From Paramicrosporidium saccamoebae KSL3 (lineage: Eukaryota > Fungi > Cryptomycota), in the NCBI GenBank assembly GCA_002794465.1, contig MTSL01000010.1, forward strand, positions 33,336-65,335: DNA of 32,000 nucleotides, written 5' to 3'. The notes beneath the pieces were generated by a model, which saw nothing but the letters and a program-made list of their open reading frames with translations, was not told where the DNA came from and ran no database searches. Position 1 is the stretch's first letter; each line of letters begins with the position of its first letter. Positions 18,045 to 27,478 of the stretch are shown in pieces. A program made the position numbers and the translations under genes.

Positions 18045-21000
18045 ATGAGTTCGGTCAAGTCCCTATGCAAAGCGGCGAGGGAAGCATTAGACCGTGGCGA
18101 TGCAGCGACAGCCCTTCGTATCTGCGAGACGGGTCTCAACGAGCCGCATTACATGCTACTTGTATTCAAGGCCCTGTCGCTGCAACAATTGGGTCAGACC
18201 GATGACGCACTGCGCACCTATCGAGAGGCGATTGACTGTGAAGAGGGACCATTGGCATGGCAGGTATTCTGCATTCGTGACTAATTCTAGGGGCTGACGA
18301 CGTTGTTAGAAAGCAAGGAGAGATGGGCCGATGTCGTCCCGGTATTACAGACTTTGAGAAAAATGTTCAAAGACGATACTGCCAAGTATCTGGATTACAC
18401 AAAGAGACTACTTAAGGCGCACAATGGAGCCGGCCAGCTGGATGCGTGTTTGCCTTTGCTTCAATGGCTACGTAAAGAAGGAGCCAATGCAGATCAAGCT
18501 AAAAACGCCAATGTAGATAGCGCTGAAAACACTACTGTAGGTCGGGCTGACAACGCTCATGTAGATCAGACTGACAACACTGTTGTGGATCAGACTAGAT
18601 ATCTCGACGAGGAAATTTCCATCCGGGAACGGCTAGAGGATGCGCGCATCTCTAAAGAGATTGAAGTGCGGCGTTATAGATTGGGGGCAGAGCCATTGGT
18701 CATTTTGAAGGAAATTGTCAAGAATGAAGTCTACCTAGAGTCCCCTCTAGAAGTTTTGTATGAGGAAAAGCTTTTTATGGGGAGAAATGTGGGAATAGCA
18801 GATAAATTGATGGATAGGATGCTGCGCAAAATACCAAAGATCAAGGAGAAGAATACTAAAAAATTGCTTGACTTGGCAAAAGAGTATTCGGCCGATTCAA
18901 AAAGTGCACAGATAATTCTTATTGACATGCTTGATCACAAAAATGTCCTAGTTCTCGGAGAATTTGGTCCGTATGAGGATCTGCAAGCAGCTAGTGATGA
19001 AAAAAATGTAGAGGAATTGGCAGCCAAGCGCCCCTCATCCCTGTTTTCTTCATTATTTTGTGTTGGCTATTTCTGGAAGCACCGAGAATTGGCTAACACT
19101 CAAAAATGGATCAACAATACACGTAGGCTTGCTGCCAAGCTAGAGACCGATTACAATGTCAATACACCCATGATGAAAAAGCAGCTGGATAGATTGGAGG
19201 CCCTGGTGTTTGCCAAGGATGGACGCTTCTATGACGCAATTCCGCTTTTAAATACGTCACTGGGTGAAAATCCCGAGGACTTTGAAATTATCGAATCTAT
19301 GATTGACTGCTACACAGCTCTACATTCGTACCAAGAGGCAATATCCTTGTACCATCGTCTGCTTGCGGATAGGGCAGATGATGTAAAGCTACTTTCCGAT
19401 CTCGGGTGGCATTACTTTCTTGATCGAGACTATTCACAGGCTCGTAATTTCCTACACCAGGCACAAAGGCTCGGTGAAGATGCCACAATCCTCACCAGGC
19501 TCGGTCGCGTCTACTGGGACGAGGACGAATCGAATAGAAAAGATCGAAACATTTGTCTTGCCTATTTTCTATCGGCTGCTAAGAGCAATCCCAATGGATT
19601 TGAAGCCTTTTTATTTCTGGGAAAGTACTATTTTGATGTGGAAAAGGATGTTATCAGGGCTGAAAAGTGCTTTACCAAGTCACTGTCGCTCAACTCTGAT
19701 TGCATGGAGACAGCTTTAGAGTTGGCATTAATCTGGATAAGCGCTGCTAATAGACATCCCTCTCTGAGAGACAAGTTGCACAAGGTGATCCGCGTACTCG
19801 AACCATTTACGGGTGAATATTATCGAAACAGCAAAATGTGGATGTACTTGGGAATGGCATTTTCTGGTGTAGACAAGTGGCCCCAATCGACAACGGCCTT
19901 CCAGAATGCCTTAAAGGGAGAACGTCCAAATGAGCTTCGATGTCTCTTGGGGCTGGCGGAAGGATACCGACGACAGAAGAGGTATATGGCGGCGGGCAAG
20001 GCATACAAAAGGGTGCTTGAATTGGATCCTTCCAATAAGACTGCCATAGTTGGACTAGCCTCGGTGGATACTGACACTGGCGAATACGAGTCGGCCCTTG
20101 AGAGATTGGCAGAATTGGAAGACGCAATTGTGCAGTTGGAACAAGTCAGGGTGGGCTATCTTAAAGCAGCAGAGTTAATCAACAATGCCTGCATCAAAGA
20201 GGCCATCAGTGACATTGAAACGTGTCTGCAGCAATGTCTACAAGTCTTTCAGAGTCATGAATTGAAGGGGAAGCGACTTTGTTGGAAAATGTTGAGTGAC
20301 ACTTGTCTGCTCATGATCAGGGTGAGAATGGCACCTGAATTGAAGGAATTGGAAAGTACCTGCGCTAGATTGCTAGAGACTGTCTCAATTGAATTTGAGG
20401 GCAATGAGATTTGGAACGGGATTCTCAAAGCTCTGTCTTCAGACAGTCTTATTTCGACAGTCGTCAAAATTTCGTGTCTCTGCCAAATCAACTTGATTGT
20501 CGAGAGCGATGACGCTGCTATTGTTTCTGGTGCCTGGACAGATCTGGCGGTTGTTCTACTCCGGTCAGCAACAACCCCGAATAGAGAATTGTTAGAGATT
20601 GTCAAGGACTGCGCTACTCAGGCCACTGAGGAATCGATGGAAGCTGGAATTGCTTGGCTGATTCTCGGTATTGCCCATTTCCGCTGCGACGACTATGGAA
20701 TGGCCCAACACTGCTTCCTCAAGGCAGTAAATCGCAATGTATCATCGGCATGGCTAGGACTGGCACATCTATACAGCAGTCTAGGCGATGACGATCTCGC
20801 GAGCCGCGCAATTGAAATTGTCAAGGTAAGCGATGAAAATGCCCCTGCATGGCTTTATGAAGCATTCCAGGCCAGAAACACGGCTCGTGTTGGGCCTCTC
20901 CTCGGACAGGCAATTGACGCGAGTAGCGCCGTTGATGCTTCATTATGCATGTTGTGGGTGGCAAAGGGCGAGCATGATGGAACGGCAGAGGATCTATGCA

Positions 21001-21506
21001 AACTCCGAATGAGTCTGATGAGGAGACTTGCCTTTTGCCCAACTGATGCTGTTGCCAAAGACGCGCTATGCAAATTAGAGCCAGTCAAAAAGCCGCATGA
21101 CTCCTCAATCATGGCCCTTGTTACCGATAACCGTCTCTCTACCAATCCACCAGCTTGCTGTGATGTACCTGGTGACACTTGCGATGCGCTATGGCTAAAA
21201 TCATACATATCGTATCAGCAGAACGATCCTGCAACGGCCATGTCTACTCAATTTAACGGCTCTCTCTTTACACCCGGCAAATGGTCCGATATCCTTTTCT
21301 GGCATGACCAGACCCACCTTGGGATTGAACATTTAAAGCTACGCGTCACCCCTGAATTGGCAGAAAGATTGCCTGGCGAAGCTGGAGCCATCCTTAGTGT
21401 TTGGACAGATGTTCCCGAAGAGGTGCAGAGACCATTACTACAGACAAAGAGATTCCTGGCAGATTTTGAGAAAAGATTTGTGGGAGATGCTAGAATAGTT
21501 AGTTAG
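18045..21506 (+). CDS. SKI3: Superkiller complex TPR protein Ski3/TTC37; exons 18045-18263, 18291-21506; about 1140 aa
   Basis: N-terminus MSSVKSLCKAAREAL...YREAI...LAWQ|GL matches the Ski3/TTC37 start. Many TPRs, including LTRLGRVYW, AFLFLGKYY...AEKCFTKSLSL, AFQNALK and LGLAEGYRRQKRYMAAGKAYKRVLELDP. 27-nt intron at 18264-18290. Confidence 0.82.
18483..18600 (+). repeat. 24-nt coding tandem repeat (5 decaying 8-aa units) inserted in SKI3
   Basis: gccaatgcagatcaagctaaaaac / gccaatgtagatagcgctgaaaac / actactgtaggtcgggctgacaac / gctcatgtagatcagactgacaac / actgttgtggatcagact. Confidence 0.75.
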
Positions 21507-21564
21507 TGTTTGAAGGGAATGCGTCCTCACCTACACACACACATCCATAATACTACATGGCAGT

Positions 21565-22650
21565 TTATTCATCAGGACCGTCATCTATCAGGACGGGTAG
21601 ATTATCAGTTTCAGTTAATAAACCCTCGAGACTACGCTTCATTGGCAGCGTAATAGGAAGGGTTGTTGGTTGAATGTTTGGAACATTATGTTGGAATGAA
21701 TACGCCGGACCAGTGTACTCTTCCACTGAATCAACATTGCCGCTCTCTTCAGTCGGACCACTCTCGACAAGCCCGATTATGGTCGGATTGATGACATTCG
21801 GCACTTCTCGGGGCCGTGCCTCGATTCTTGCATAGCTTACCTCTTCCACCACCTCGGTCTTTATCTCGGTAATAATATCCTCCCTTTTGCGGTTGGGGGC
21901 GTAGGGACGTCTCGGTCGGATCATCATATCCACTTGTCTCGCCAGTAAGCGGGCCTCTTCGCAAAGCTCCTTCCTCCCCAGTGCCACCCTTAGCATATTG
22001 AAAAAGACGGGCAACTCGGGTGCAATAGTGGCCGGTTGGTAACCCAACACTCCGGCACCCACTGTTCGTAAAACATCAAGCGTTATTGGCATGGCCATCA
22101 GACGTTGCATAAGGTTCATCCGGACTGCACTGGGAAGAGCACTTTGGAAGGATGCGCGTCCCAGGACACACTGTAGCCACCTCCACATGACTGCTGGAAC
22201 ATTCGTCTCCAATGCGGCAATGAACAGTTCAACAAGTGGTCGACCCACTGCATCACAGTTTGCATAGCAGAAATAGCCATAAATCGAATCTCTCAGTCCC
22301 TCCGGCAGTGGTTTAGTAAGAAAATGCCGCAGTAAGGGGGTTGGCACCACTACCGAGGCCCCCAGCTTGGCAAGAAGTGTCAGTAGAGAAAAGGACCACG
22401 TCTGTATTGTCGGTAGCGCACCGGTTGTCTGCAACGGCCTTTGAGCAAGCAGCAAAATGGGCGTTATATCAACTCGTCCCTCTAGATGCTCCTCGAAAGA
22501 GGCCAAGTGTTGGTTGAGGATGGCAGGGTCTGTGAGCAACGACCCCGCAGTCCGTCCACTGCCCGGCAACAGCGCATCGAGTGAAGAATTCGTCTCTTTG
22601 ATCAATTCCCGTAACGACCGGTCTCGTTCAGCCTCGTTCCTAAATTTCAT
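21565..22650 (-). CDS. Hypothetical alpha-helical protein, 361 aa, with an acidic/Pro tail; weak resemblance to Rix1/PELP1
   Basis: Long Leu-rich ORF filling the gap between SKI3 and PRP40, with AATAAA overlapping its stop. The family guess rests only on a helical domain ending DMMIRPRRP followed by a disordered tail. Confidence 0.65.
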   Translation of the reverse strand: MKFRNEAERDRSLRELIKETNSSLDALLPGSGRTAGSLLTDPAILNQHLASFEEHLEGRVDITPILLLAQRPLQTTGALPTIQTWSFSLLTLLAKLGASVVVPTPLLRHFLTKPLPEGLRDSIYGYFCYANCDAVGRPLVELFIAALETNVPAVMWRWLQCVLGRASFQSALPSAVRMNLMQRLMAMPITLDVLRTVGAGVLGYQPATIAPELPVFFNMLRVALGRKELCEEARLLARQVDMMIRPRRPYAPNRKREDIITEIKTEVVEEVSYARIEARPREVPNVINPTIIGLVESGPTEESGNVDSVEEYTGPAYSFQHNVPNIQPTTLPITLPMKRSLEGLLTETDNLPVLIDDGPDE

Positions 22651-22676
22651 CCCCGGTAATCACCCAGGCACCATAT

Positions 22677-24313
22677 TTATTCATCGTCAGAAACTACCAG
22701 GCCAGCCTTCTTTTTCAGGTGTCTAATAAACTTTTCGAAATAATAGCGTCTAATATCCTCATCCTGCACTTCATCGGGTATAAGAGTCCGATATTGCTCG
22801 TACTGAGAGTCGAGTTGGATGGGTGGGGTCATGTGTTTAATTGCGTGTTTGAGACGATCCAGTTGGGTGCGATTGGTGATGCGATGCTTCTCCAGCTTGG
22901 CAACCAAAAGTGCCCTCGTCTCCTCAGCACTCGGTTGACTGGGCTTTCTGGATGGATTTATATGTGTCTGCAGAGTATCAATGAGCTTGGGGTCAAGATG
23001 ATGTCGAGTGGCCGTCTCCTGGATCAAGTCGGTATTATCCATCCAGCCTTCTTTCAATGCAAGCAGTTCGTGGATTACGGGTCCCGTTGTCTTTACATAG
23101 GACTCTTGTAATCGGTGCACACAATCCCAAAACAAGTCTAATGGAGTTGATCCTGACTGAGACAACATGCCAATATACTCTTTCCGATCCTTGATCAGCG
23201 GATAAATCTCTGTCCAGGACGACGTCGCTCTCAACGTTCCATTCTCCTCCAATTCGCCCAGCATTGTCTTGAATGCCTTTCTGTTGAGTCGTTCTCGTTT
23301 TCGTTCCTCGTCGCGTCGATCTATTTCGTTCTGTTGATCGGCACGCTCCAGTCCCTTGATGTAATTCTCATAGCCGGCTAGTTGTTCCATCAGCTCCATT
23401 CCACTCAGGTCTACATCGTCCTGCAGTCGAACGCGAAAGATTCCAACCGCATTCCGCCATAGAGTGTCTATCCGAATCTCTGGAATCGATGCAAGCAGCT
23501 TTTGGAACTTTTCTGCAGTCCTCTTTTTCTTTTGTCGGTTGCGATCCATCTCTTCTCTTCTCAGTTCAGAAATGTGCTCGTCAAATAAGCTTGCACGCTC
23601 TTTTGGATTGGCGACTGCATTGAATGCAGCCTTTCCCTCCAGCAGTTCTAGCACTTCGCTATAGCGCGTAGTACTAGTAATTTCGGATGTCGCCCTAAAC
23701 AAAGCTCTCAAATCATCCTGCGCCTGGATACTACGTTGCTGTCGCTCCTCACGCTCCACTTCTCGTTGCAAATCTACATGTTTGGCAAATAGCACTTTGC
23801 GTTCTGCCAGTGTGGGGACCAGCTTGTAGTGCGGATGGCCAATAATCTCCCTCAGCGCCTCCTCCCAGCTGTATTGTGACGTTATGCCCTACACAGTTAC
23901 ACAACATTATGTATGTATGATACCTTTTCCTTGAGCATGGCCATGAATTTGGCTTCGAGGACTTCTTTATCAATTGAGGCTGGATCCTTAATCCTCTCCA
24001 GATATTCGGCATACTCGGGCGGCACCTCCCACATTGACATTTTGGTCACCGCATTATAGTAATATTTTCGTCCCGTTCCTGTAACCATCTCCCGCCAGGA
24101 CGAAACAATGTCCGAGTTGGAGGCCTGTCGTGGTTTAGCGATCGGCACAACGGACGCGCGTAGAGCCTCAGCCGCCACCTCGGCCGGCTCCTCCCACGAC
24201 GTCTGTCCATTGTTCATATTGTACCAATATCGACGACCGTCCGGAAGCGATTGTTCCAGCCAATTCTACACCATAAGACGAGCTACAAAAGGTACAGGAC
24301 GCGCATTAGACAT
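22677..24313 (-). CDS. PRP40: Pre-mRNA splicing factor Prp40 (2 WW + FF domains); exons 24313-24296, 24265-23924, 23888-22677; about 523 aa
   Basis: WW1 NWLEQSLPDGRRYWYNMNNGQTSWEEP; WW2 WREMVTGTGRKYYYNAVTKMSMWEVP; FF repeats (FMAMLKEKGITSQYSWEE, ERLNRKAFKTMLGEL...SSWTEIYPLIK, GSTPLDLFWD). Introns 24266-24295 (30 nt) and 23889-23923 (35 nt). Confidence 0.92.
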
Positions 24314-24819
24314 TTTCCAAGTGACAAATACGCAAATTATTTTATTGTTTCCCCCCACAATCCACGCTATGTAGATAGCGCAAGGCGGGGGGGGGGGTGC
24401 TGTGAATAGACTGATCATTACGTACGTTATCAAGCGGAAAGAGAGGTCGTTTACTAAATGGTCTATATATCTGCGGACTAGGGACTCTACTAGCAAGCCT
24501 ATTTGTACGGACCAAGGGCCTTACTAAGGACTGCTAAAGATCTTTAAGATCTTGTTGATGAGTGAGCTTTGTTTTATTAAAGCATATGGCTTCCTTATAG
24601 ATAGCCATTCTCAATATAACCGGACTGGACTGTGGGACCGCCATCTGGGTCGGACTCGCCAATAATGAGTGGATACTGTTTAACAGGTCTTTCCTTGAAG
24701 CTCAATTATAACGTGCTTTACGGAGCGGGTAGAGAATCCGTTTATTATCAATTAAAGCGTACTTGTATAGTTTCCCTAACCCCATTCTCCATGATATGTG
24801 GCGAGTCAATCTGCTACAT

Positions 24820-24849
24820 CACACCACACCACACCACACCACATTACAC
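24820..24849. repeat. 5-nt microsatellite (ACACC)n
   Basis: acacc x4 followed by acatt acac, just downstream of the stop at 24874. Confidence 0.8.
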
Positions 24850-24873
24850 GTGCTATTCGTTGCGAGTCTGGTC

Positions 24874-25989
24874 TCAGGCTGCAATGGTGGAGGCGCTTGT
24901 TTCTGTCTCGGTGGCGGTTACGAATATGGTGCCGAATTCAGAAGTTACCGTTTCATCGAATGTAGTGACGGTGGTGGTGGTGGTGTCAGAGGTGGTTACA
25001 GAGATAGTCAGCCGTTCAAAGATAATATTCACATTTGTCGTGGTCCGTTGCGTACTGAATCCCGAATCGGTGGTGAGAGAGTATCCTGTGACTATAACGG
25101 TGCTCGTCTCAGAAGACGTGACCGTAAAGTCAATGAGCTCGCTAAAGTCCGAAGTCGTAATGTCCACTGTGATAGTGTCGATGAATTCGCTGATAGTGTA
25201 GCTAACGTCGGCGAATCTGGCCGTGGCAGTAATCGTATCGGTGACGGATATGCTGACCGAGTTAGATTCGACCAAACTAGTGTTCACGCTTGTCACTGTG
25301 CCATCCCCAAAGGAAGTGCTGGCAAGAGTCGTGCCGTCAAAGACAACTATTTGAATAGTCTGAAAGTCAAGATCGGAGGCAACTTCATCGGCAACAGCGG
25401 TCACGCTGACAATAATTGCCGTCTCAAAGATACCCGTAGCCGTATCGGAGATGACAGTGATGCTGCTGATGCTGCTTTGGATCAGCGTTGAAGTGGTCAA
25501 GAAAAAGGTGCTGATCGAGACAGATGTTGTGAGGGAAACTGATGTGGACACGGATGTATTGTCCACAGTCTCGGTGACCACTTCAGTGTCAGTGTACACA
25601 CGGGTGTCGCGCTGGGTAAAAGTGAATGTAAAGGTTGTGGTCACGAGTTCATTAACAAAATAGCTCACTGTCCATGTGCTAATGTTTGTTGAAACGGTGG
25701 TGATATGCTCCACACAGGTGGTGGTGGTGGCAACATAGACGGTTGATGTGTAGCAGCAAACACAGCCCTTGCATGGACAATACTCTCCTGTGCACGTTGC
25801 TGACACCAGGGGCGGTGCTCCGCCTATGCACTGTTGACAGAGTGGGTCGCAACATCTGGAGGCGCTGCTGGTGCTCGCTTCAATGACAATAACATCGGGA
25901 GGACACCTTGTGCAGGAAGGGACAACAGGAGTTGTGGCTGAGCAGAGTTTGATGCAGAGAACCAAAAACAGTGCCCAACCGGTGTGCAT
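24874..25989 (-). CDS. Secreted protein, 371 aa: signal peptide + Cys-rich N-terminal module + long Thr/Ser/Val-rich region (adhesin- or wall-protein-like)
   Basis: MHTGWALFLVLCIKLCSA signal; CTRC..RCCDPLCQQC..TCTGEYCPCKGCVCCY; more than 270 aa dominated by T/S/V; no TM or obvious GPI signal at the C-terminus. Confidence 0.8.
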   Translation of the reverse strand: MHTGWALFLVLCIKLCSATTPVVPSCTRCPPDVIVIEASTSSASRCCDPLCQQCIGGAPPLVSATCTGEYCPCKGCVCCYTSTVYVATTTTCVEHITTVSTNISTWTVSYFVNELVTTTFTFTFTQRDTRVYTDTEVVTETVDNTSVSTSVSLTTSVSISTFFLTTSTLIQSSISSITVISDTATGIFETAIIVSVTAVADEVASDLDFQTIQIVVFDGTTLASTSFGDGTVTSVNTSLVESNSVSISVTDTITATARFADVSYTISEFIDTITVDITTSDFSELIDFTVTSSETSTVIVTGYSLTTDSGFSTQRTTTNVNIIFERLTISVTTSDTTTTTVTTFDETVTSEFGTIFVTATETETSASTIAA

Positions 25990-26181
25990 TGGTATCGGTG
26001 ATGCGGCATTGCAAAGTTGGATTCTCTAAGAACCAGAACAAACCAAGGTATCACCATGGAAACGGATGTTAAGTAAGGAAGATTGGGGGTGGTGTAGTGG
26101 TAGCATCGTGGCGGTGCAATGATGATGCTATGGTGGTGTTATGGCGGATTTGCAATTGGAAAAGCAGTGTCGAGTAGATAG

Positions 26182-26296
26182 ACAAGTATAACAGCAAATA
26201 GAACACTGTATGATAGTGAATAGATCGACAAGTGTAACAGCAAATAGAACATCATGTGTGATAGGGAATAAATCAACAAGTGTAACAGCAAATAGA
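26182..26296. repeat. 46-48-nt tandem repeat, about 2.5 copies, core ACAAGTRTAACAGCAAATAG
   Basis: Core starts at 26182, 26228 and 26276; the intervening segments resemble each other. Confidence 0.85.
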
Positions 26297-26397
26297 TCAC
26301 TAAATGTAATGGTTAATGAATCGCCACGGCGAATATCCAACACATAAACACCACAATGTGCAATTGATTGAACTTTATTCACTATAATGCATAACGC

Positions 26398-26580
26398 TTA
26401 TGCCTGATCAGCATTCTCGGCAGCATCATTGTTGTCATCAAACTCGGCGTTGTCAAAGTCGGCGAGTTCATCAAAGTCAGCATCAAAGTTGTTCAGACCT
26501 TCAGCCTTTTCTTCAGCACGCACAACGGCGAGCGAGGCAAAGACGGCAATGGCAAGGAGAGAGAGAGTCTTAAAGTTCAT
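26398..26580 (-). CDS. Small secreted acidic peptide, 60 aa
   Basis: Signal peptide MNFKTLSLLAIAVFASLAVVRA, then a D/E/N/A/F-rich tail with no Cys. TATAAAG lies about 32 nt upstream of the ATG and AATAAA 18 nt after the stop (26374-26379). Confidence 0.75.
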   Translation of the reverse strand: MNFKTLSLLAIAVFASLAVVRAEEKAEGLNNFDADFDELADFDNAEFDDNNDAAENADQA

Positions 26581-26611
26581 TGTTGGTATGTCGACAGAGA
26601 ATGCGGGCCCT

Positions 26612-26618
26612 CTTTATA
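26612..26618 (-). promoter_or_regulatory. Putative TATA box (TATAAAG) of the small secreted peptide gene
   Basis: Canonical TATAAAG on the minus strand just upstream of the ATG at 26580, which has a CAACA-ATG context. Confidence 0.5.
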
Positions 26619-26927
26619 CTTTTTCCAGGATCGGCCTATTGGACGCTGTTTTTCCCTGTATCCCATTGATTCTTGAATGTCCCATCGAATCAGAACACGG
26701 CGGAAGGCGCTTGGATTGGGTGGAGATTTCCCACACCAATGGCGGGGAATTGCGTCGACCAATAAAATTACAGCACAACTGATTGGTAGCCAGCCCAAAT
26801 GTCCAACCTCGTTCTACTCCATTTCACAGACATTTGTTCCCACTCTTTGACCCAATTAAAGGTCACCCTTATATACAAAACATGCCAGTTTATTCAACCC
26901 GTCCATGGCCATGTAACATCCTCCCGC

Positions 26928-27416
26928 TTACACTGTCAGCATCTTTTTAATAAACTTGGCATAATCCACAGTTCCGCATCGTTCAGGGTCCGCCTCGGAC
27001 ATCATTTCGTCTGCTTCGCCCTCCGTCAACTTTTCTCCCAGACTCGTCACAATATGTCTCAGCTCTGCCGTGGCAATTGTGCCCTTTCCCTCTCGGTCAA
27101 AGACCCGGAACGCCTCCAGCAGCTCTCGCTCCGCTACAGCGGGATCGAGCGGCGGGACAGTTGCCATGAGAGCGAGGAAATCGGAAAAGGTAATGTGCGA
27201 GGTGGAGTGGGGGTCAAGGGCTTTGATGTGGTCACGAACCTCGGCCTCGGTGGGGTTGCGGCCGAGGGCGCGCATAAGAGTGCCCAATTCGCTGGTGTGG
27301 ATGCGTCCGTCCGCGTCACGGTCAAACAGAGAAAAGGCCTCTTTGTATTCTGCAATTTGTTCGCTGCTCAAACTGTCAGCCTATGCAAATGACAAAGAGT
27401 CAGAGGGCTGTACCAT
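26928..27416 (-). CDS. Calmodulin-like EF-hand protein or myosin light chain, 151 aa; exons 27416-27414 (ATG), 27380-26928
   Basis: ATG followed by a 33-nt intron (27381-27413), the classic calmodulin intron position, gives [21 protein letters not shown]. Also [10 protein letters not shown] and [15 protein letters not shown]2 and EF4 loops are degenerate. Confidence 0.88.
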
Positions 27417-27478
27417 AGCAATCGATTAGGCGTTAAGAATAAACAAAAATTATAATGCAAAAACTAGCTCGACTGTTC

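Noticed and set aside
22641-22675. Alternative ATG + 32-nt intron start for the 361-aa ORF
   Set aside because: Splicing would give ATG GAA CGA GGC TGA, an immediate stop, and the donor GTGCCT does not fit the local GTAY pattern.
24314-24873. 560-bp gap with a G11 run, a TGATGA and small hairpins, considered as a snoRNA or snRNA
   Set aside because: No matching D box or terminal stem, and no recognisable Sm site or snRNA motif. An Infernal/Rfam scan would be needed.
24632-25663. Plus-strand ORFs (189, 242 and 70 aa) opposite the Thr-rich gene
   Set aside because: Shadow ORFs produced by the biased Thr/Val/Ser codon composition; no recognisable features.
26182-26296. Repeat-spacer-like pattern (20-nt core separated by 26-28 nt) resembling a mini CRISPR array
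   Set aside because: The 'spacers' are similar to each other, there are only 2.5 units, no cas genes are present and the context is eukaryotic. It is an ordinary tandem repeat.
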